Assembly (NCBI GenBank): GCA_051294375.1
Contig: CM119269.1
Location: forward strand, 17,718,265 to 17,782,264
Source: Paraspadella gotoi
Taxonomy: Eukaryota > Animalia > Chaetognatha
Direction of reading: 5' to 3'
DNA length: 64,000 bases
Below are positions 60,996 to 64,000 of this stretch, piece by piece. Position 1 is the stretch's first letter. Each line of letters begins with the position of its first letter. Below the pieces are notes generated by a model that had not been told where the DNA came from, searched no databases, and worked only from the letters and a program-made list of their open reading frames with translations. Position numbers and translations under genes: made by a program.

Positions 60996-62641
60996 TCAAG
61001 AAAAAAATTCTGATCGTGGTCTTCATATGCTTTAGTGTCGAATATAACGCGGCATATTTTTTGGTAACGCAAGTTCACTGGATGCCAACCTCCATCATTT
61101 AACTTTTATTTATTTAACTTTTATTTATTTAACTTCATCATTTAAGTTTTATGCTTCTAATGAAGGATTTTTTAATTTCCACTTCACTTACACCTAACTT
61201 TACTTTAGGTCTCACAAACTGGGCAAATACTCCTTTAAACTCTTGATTCTGAAAAATAAGTAAACTGTCTCGTGAGCGGCGTAAGTTCTTAATATTTATT
61301 TTTATTATTTTCTCTTTTATTTAGGTTTTGAAGTCAGGTCGACTATTTTCTAATTTAGTGACGCATAAAAAATTCTTAAGGTAACAACAGCAATAAATAA
61401 GGGTTTTCAGAGCTATATAAGAGATATGAGATATGAGATATGAGATATGAGACTGTCATTATGCATTATCTGTGCCATCAATGTACAAAGATATCGCTCG
61501 TGCCAATTTGTCTCTTATCTTAGGTAGAAAACAGGAAATAAAGTAAGGGTAGGCATTAGGTAATATAGGGTGGCGAATTACGACTTGCCCCCCCTCAAAA
61601 CAATTAACATTAGACAAGAAAGGCGATGATTAAGAACCTGTTGACCCTCAACTCAAAACGAGATCCTCGAAATAAGTTGGTCAGTTTCCGCGCATTTCGG
61701 TCGCAAGGGGGCGATTAGGGGCAACTGGGGTCGACTGCTGGGCGTGGTTGACACGGATTATGAAGGACGAGTTCGGAATTTGGTTTCCCCAAAGGAAGGC
61801 GCAGAGGCGTTGGGGCCTTTAAAAGTGATTGACGTTAGCGCGCTGTACCCGAGCACTAGACGTAAAAAGAACATAAGTTCTTTAAGTTTAAAAAAAAAAC
61901 AACAACAAAAAAACAAGAACGGTAATTCCAATGTGTTGCGCCGCAGTGACTGCCTTTTCGAGTGATAACGTGACTCCCGTGACTCGCACTGCATCGGAAT
62001 TCGATCTTTTTTTCATATTTCTTTAGATACAAAAGGTAGCGCTAGCAGTCGCTCAGATTCCAGGTTCAGCAAAATTAACAAAATGTCCCAAGTGTCTCGA
62101 ATGTTGCGAACTAGTAACTACTATTCTACAGGGTAGTGATTCAAAACTTTGAAAATCCCTAACACTCGTGACGCATTAAATATTTCTAAAGAGATTTATT
62201 CATTTGTTCTCTTTAGAATTTTTCTTTTAGCATAGAAATGAGCATAATATTAGTTTTGGGTATATGACACTTGTTGCTTGCAGCACATTTAAATTATTAA
62301 TTTTATAGAACTACCGGAAAGATAAATTCATATATTTTGCTATCTCCTTTATCATGTTTATTTATATTTTTATTGACACAATGCATGCAAATTTCAAATG
62401 AGGAGGGATTTTTATTTTGAAAATCGATCAAAAAAATTAGTTGATAATGAATTTATAATAATGAACTGCTTTAGGTAAAAAAATTAATTGTCCATTAAAG
62501 CGTAGAAAAAATATTAAAATCAATTAGAATCAAAATTCGAATAGTGGATCATGCTTGTACCTGTGAACATTTTTAAATAAAAAATATTTTGAAGAGACAG
62601 TAATTATTGTTATATGTTAGTGACAGAACCGTTCAATATAA

Positions 62642-62715
62642 GCAGTCCCTGAGCTTCGGATCAGGCTGTAACACCATGTTACAGGCGGGTTAAGCGCCCC
62701 GTCCCTCTTAACTGC
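62642..62715 (-). ncRNA. Twister ribozyme, type P5 (3' LTR)
   Basis: P5 GCAGTT/GACTGC; GA plus T1 CGGG pairing with L4 TCCG; palindrome GGCGCT; U^AA (cut 62692/62691); short P2; T2 GC; P3 CTGTAACA/TGTTACAG; P4 CCTGA/TCAGG; L4 TCCG-AAGC. Confidence 0.8.
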
Positions 62716-63060
62716 CAGACGACCACCGGGCAAGAACCCCGGACCTTTGGGTTGGGAGGCGAATGACTTGCCTCCGGCACCAATGGCCGCTGTGAACGGT
62801 TGGTGGATTTTTAGTCCACCATACATCCCCCCTCCCGTAGGGAGAAGTCTGTTGCGTCTCTTCAGTGAATTGTTGTTGTTGTGGAAAGTTCGTCACCAAG
62901 TTGAGGCATGTCGCCTGATGTGTTGTGGGCGGAAAGTGCATCACCAGGTTGAGGCATGTCGCCTGAAAGTGTTGTTGTTGCTGTTGTGTTCGGAAGTCGG
63001 GCTCACAATGAAGAGACAGTAATTATTGATATATGTTAGTGACAGAACCGTTCAATATAA

Positions 63061-63134
63061 GCAGTCCCTGAGCTTCGGATCAGGCTGTAACACCATGTTA
63101 CAGGCGGGTTAAGCGCCCCGTCCCTCTTAACTGC
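63061..63134 (-). ncRNA. Twister ribozyme, type P5 (5' LTR)
   Basis: Identical 74 nt to 62642-62715; cut predicted between 63111 and 63110. Confidence 0.8.
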
Positions 63135-63379
63135 CAGACGACCACCGGGCAAGAACCCCGACCTTTGGGTTGGGAGGCGAAGACTTGCCTCCGGCACCAA
63201 TGGCCGCTGGATGACGGTTGGTGGATTTTAGTCCACCATAATTTATTATTTTTTTTCAATTTTTGCATATGCCTATATTTATACCTAGTACTCACCATAA
63301 AAAATGCTAAAATTTTAAAATGTTTTTTTCCTATTTTTGAAAGCAGAATTGAATTCCTCACAAAAAGTTGACTACAATA

Positions 63380-64000
63380 TAACTCTTTTTAAAAAAATAT
63401 TTCATTAAGTAGGTCAAAATCATAAAAAACTATTATAGTTAACCTATAATTTAATTTTAGTATGAATAATATAGTTTTTTTTACTTTTAGCTAACTTAAT
63501 AAAATGATTTTTTATTAAAACTTATATTTTCCTATATCAACTTTTAATAAAGAATTCGAATCTGCTTTCAAAACTAAAAAAAATATTTTTTAATTTTAAT
63601 AATTTTAATGGTTTCTACTAAGTATAAATAATTAAAATATGCGTTTTATTTCGAATTCAACAAGGTTGATTCAGTACATACATGAGCAGCAAAAAAAGCT
63701 AAGATTAAAGACAAAACAAAGTTAAAGATTGCATGACACTACCACTATAGACTAAACAAAGTTAAAGTTATAGATTAAAATATTTCTATCATTAAAGTTG
63801 CAGTAGCCAACCAAATTTTAATTTTAATGGGAACAACATTAAACGAATCCATTATTGATAGTAGTTATTGTGTTAAAATATTTTTTTGCAAAAATGTTCC
63901 GAACCATGAGTAATTAGTTAACTAAAATTATAATATTGCTATTTAATGTCAAAATTTTTTTTAGATATTTTAAGTTTTTTTAATTGATTCTGATAGAGCT
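63380..64000 (-). mobile_element. Third copy of the AT-rich transposon-like family (runs off the window)
   Basis: 63805-64000 aligns with 23960-24140 in the same orientation; left boundary is approximate. Confidence 0.55.

Larger units (their letters stand above)
62590..63240 (-). mobile_element. Complete TRIM/LTR-retrozyme-like element, family C (twister ribozyme in both LTRs)
   Basis: 5' LTR 63240-63009 and 3' LTR 62825-62590 (TG..CA; the 5' LTR lacks the first TG) are near-identical. PBS-like TTGTGAGCCCGAC at 63008-62996 (11/13 match to tRNA-Trp PBS TGGTGACCCCGAC). PPT GGGAGGGGGGA at 62836-62826. 183-bp non-coding interior; possible 4-bp TSD AAAT. Confidence 0.85.

Noticed and set aside
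62845-62870. CTGAAGA in the family C interior as a hammerhead core
   Set aside because: No stem II-GAAA follows.

Overview
AT-rich, intron-dense invertebrate (metazoan) genomic DNA. Almost all entries in the ORF track are exon fragments or microsatellite artefacts. I assembled seven spliced genes by hand: a DBHS (NONO/SFPQ/Hrp65-type) RNA-binding protein (-), divergently paired with a ZMYM/Woc zinc-finger gene (+); a Trk-like receptor tyrosine kinase (-, LRR-Ig-Ig-TM-kinase) whose ~21 kb stalk intron appears to host three nested genes (a long-chain acyl-CoA synthetase, a secreted tandem SUEL lectin and a CD225/dispanin membrane protein); and a C2H2 zinc-finger gene (-). The main observation is non-coding. 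At least three unrelated families of tiny LTR elements (TRIM/retrozyme-like; 2.7-3.3 kb, 26.2-26.4 kb, 62.6-63.2 kb, plus a degenerate one at 50.4 kb) carry, inside each LTR, a Pol III-like head followed by a circularly permuted (type P5) twister ribozyme. The two-LTR copies also have a tRNA-Trp-type primer binding site and a polypurine tract. The ribozyme pseudoknot covaries between families, and in every family P1 is replaced by a different short palindrome, which suggests cleavage by LTR-LTR dimerisation. A Penelope-type minimal hammerhead ribozyme insertion, a decayed LINE, a Helentron-like element and several MITE-like repeats are also present. All structures were read by eye; no search or folding program was run.
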